A DNA stretch of 64,000 nt from Patescibacteria group bacterium (GTDB lineage: Bacteria; Patescibacteriota; Minisyncoccia; Phycocordibacterales; UBA2100). Under the pieces are notes generated by a model. It made no database searches. It saw only the letters and a list, made by a program, of their open reading frames with translations, and had not been told where the DNA came from. The stretch covers positions 1,603 through 65,602 of the forward strand of contig JBBTSX010000009.1 in assembly GCA_038064535.1 (NCBI GenBank), read 5' to 3'. Below are positions 62,924-64,000 of the stretch, one piece after another. Each line of letters opens with the position of its first letter. Positions within the stretch are counted from its first letter, which is position 1. Both the position numbers and the translations under genes were made by a program.

Positions 62924-64000
62924 ATGAAAAAAAGCAGACAAAAGCCGGAAATACGCGTTTCGTACGCACAGGCGGTGTACGGCAAAGAAGAGATAGACGC
63001 GGTCGTTAAGGTGCTCGGAAACCCGAGTAAAATCTCCCCGGGGGCGGCGGTGACCGAGTTTGAAAATAAAATAGCGAAACTGTTCGGAAAGAAGTACGGC
63101 ATCATGGTCAATTCCGGCTCGTCGGCCAATCTGATTGCGTTTGCGGCTTTGGATTTGCCGCCGGGCTCAGAAGTTATTACGCCGGTCCTCACATTCTCGA
63201 CGACCGTTGCGCCGCTTGTGCAGAGAGGTCTGGTGCCGGTGTTCGTGGATGTGGTGGAAGGAGCGCATATAATAGACATCGACAAGGTGGAGGCCGCGAT
63301 AACGAAAAAGACGCGCGCGCTCATGATTCCGTCGCTTTTCGGCAACATCCCGGACTTTCCACGCCTGAAGAAAATTGCCCGTAAGCACAAGCTCGTTCTT
63401 ATAGAAGATTCCTGCGACACACTGGGTGCACAGTGGAACGGAAAGTCTACGGGAATTCACACTGACATCTCGACGACATCGTTCTATGCGACACATGCCA
63501 TCACGGCGGCCGGCGCGGGAGGTATGGTGTGCTTCAACGACCCCAAGCTCGCAAGGCGCGCACGCGTTATGGCGTCGTGGGGGAGACAGTCGACGCTCTT
63601 CGGCGCGTTCGAGAAATCGGAAGATATCAAACGGCGTTTTGCCGGCAGGATAGACGGAGAAGTGTACGATGCAAAATTCCTTTTTACGGAAGTGGGGTAC
63701 AACATGCAGTCGACCGAGCTCAACGGCGCGTTCGGTCTCGTACAACTCACGCGTCTTTCCGGCTTCACGAAACTCCGTCAGCACCGCTTCAAGCAGATTT
63801 ACGATTTTGTAAAGAAGTACGGGCACCTCTTCATTCTTCCGGTACAGGATAGACGTGCTCACACAAGCTGGATGTCGTTCCCGCTCATCATCCGGTCCGG
63901 TGCGCCTTTCACGCGCGCGGAGATAACGAAGTATCTGGAGGAGAGGAATATCCAGACGAGACCGCTTTTCACCGGCAATATTACGCGTCAGCCTGCGTAT
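62924..64000 (+). CDS. PMP-dependent NDP-4-keto-6-deoxyhexose 3-dehydrase (E1/ColD-type, DegT fold with His replacing the Schiff-base Lys). 3'-truncated by the window end.
   Basis: Hand translation MKKSRQKPEIRVSYAQAVYGKEE... In SFYATHAITAAGAGG the His sits exactly where DegT aminotransferases carry Lys (SFHxxK). Not in the ORF track, because there is no stop in the window. Confidence 0.7.
   Translation, partial: MKKSRQKPEIRVSYAQAVYGKEEIDAVVKVLGNPSKISPGAAVTEFENKIAKLFGKKYGIMVNSGSSANLIAFAALDLPPGSEVITPVLTFSTTVAPLVQRGLVPVFVDVVEGAHIIDIDKVEAAITKKTRALMIPSLFGNIPDFPRLKKIARKHKLVLIEDSCDTLGAQWNGKSTGIHTDISTTSFYATHAITAAGAGGMVCFNDPKLARRARVMASWGRQSTLFGAFEKSEDIKRRFAGRIDGEVYDAKFLFTEVGYNMQSTELNGAFGLVQLTRLSGFTKLRQHRFKQIYDFVKKYGHLFILPVQDRRAHTSWMSFPLIIRSGAPFTRAEITKYLEERNIQTRPLFTGNITRQPAY

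Overview
This is a high-GC (roughly 60%), gene-dense bacterial chromosomal segment. I found no rRNA, CRISPR array, transposase or integrase.

Left third (1-25.7 kb), in order:
- a trypsin-like serine protease gene interrupted by two in-frame TGA codons, running off the window start;
- a minus-strand operon of an ABC-type substrate-binding protein (PF04392-like), a sensor histidine kinase and a response regulator with two receiver domains;
- a eukaryote-type ornithine/lysine decarboxylase;
- tRNA-Ile(GAT);
- murA;
- convergent/divergent purT and purN;
- tRNA-Leu(CAG) abutting a CofE-like (F420-ligase family) gene;
- a tightly packed six-gene minus-strand operon: an acidic disordered protein, a Clp/Hsp100 double AAA+ ATPase, a small protein, a soluble VirD4/TraD-like ATPase, a DUF4430 protein, and a DUF4430 plus prenyltransferase-like surface protein;
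- murD, murC and rsmI;
- a second VirD4/TraD-like ATPase paralog, followed by a secreted PKD and lamin-tail-domain protein.

Right two-thirds (25.8-64 kb) is one very large glycan-biosynthesis island. It holds at least ten glycosyltransferases (GT4, GT2, GT-C), plus rmlB-like, rmlC, RmlD-like, gmd, a UDP-sugar dehydrogenase, a sugar C-methyltransferase, a DegT aminotransferase, a His-variant E1/ColD-type 3-dehydrase (truncated by the window end) and an OYE ene-reductase. It also carries five SAM methyltransferases, a Wzx flippase, a GtrA/GT-C/GT2 triad, a cutinase-like secreted protein, two PaaX-like regulator paralogs and a truncated duplicate of the rmlB-like gene.

Recurring non-coding signals:
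- a -10-like hexamer 6-9 nt upstream of many start codons, i.e. leaderless-type architecture, with Shine-Dalgarno sequences rare but present;
- a 38-nt palindromic element in three copies, each containing outward-facing TGTTATAAT-like boxes;
- several operator-like inverted repeats in divergent promoter regions.

The gene content (orphan coupling-protein-like ATPases, PKD/LTD/DUF4430 surface proteins) is reminiscent of Patescibacteria/CPR-type genomes, but that is inference only.

Coordinates were read by hand from the sequence. Some start codons are ambiguous (the ORF track uses ATG, GTG and TTG starts), and I say so where that applies.
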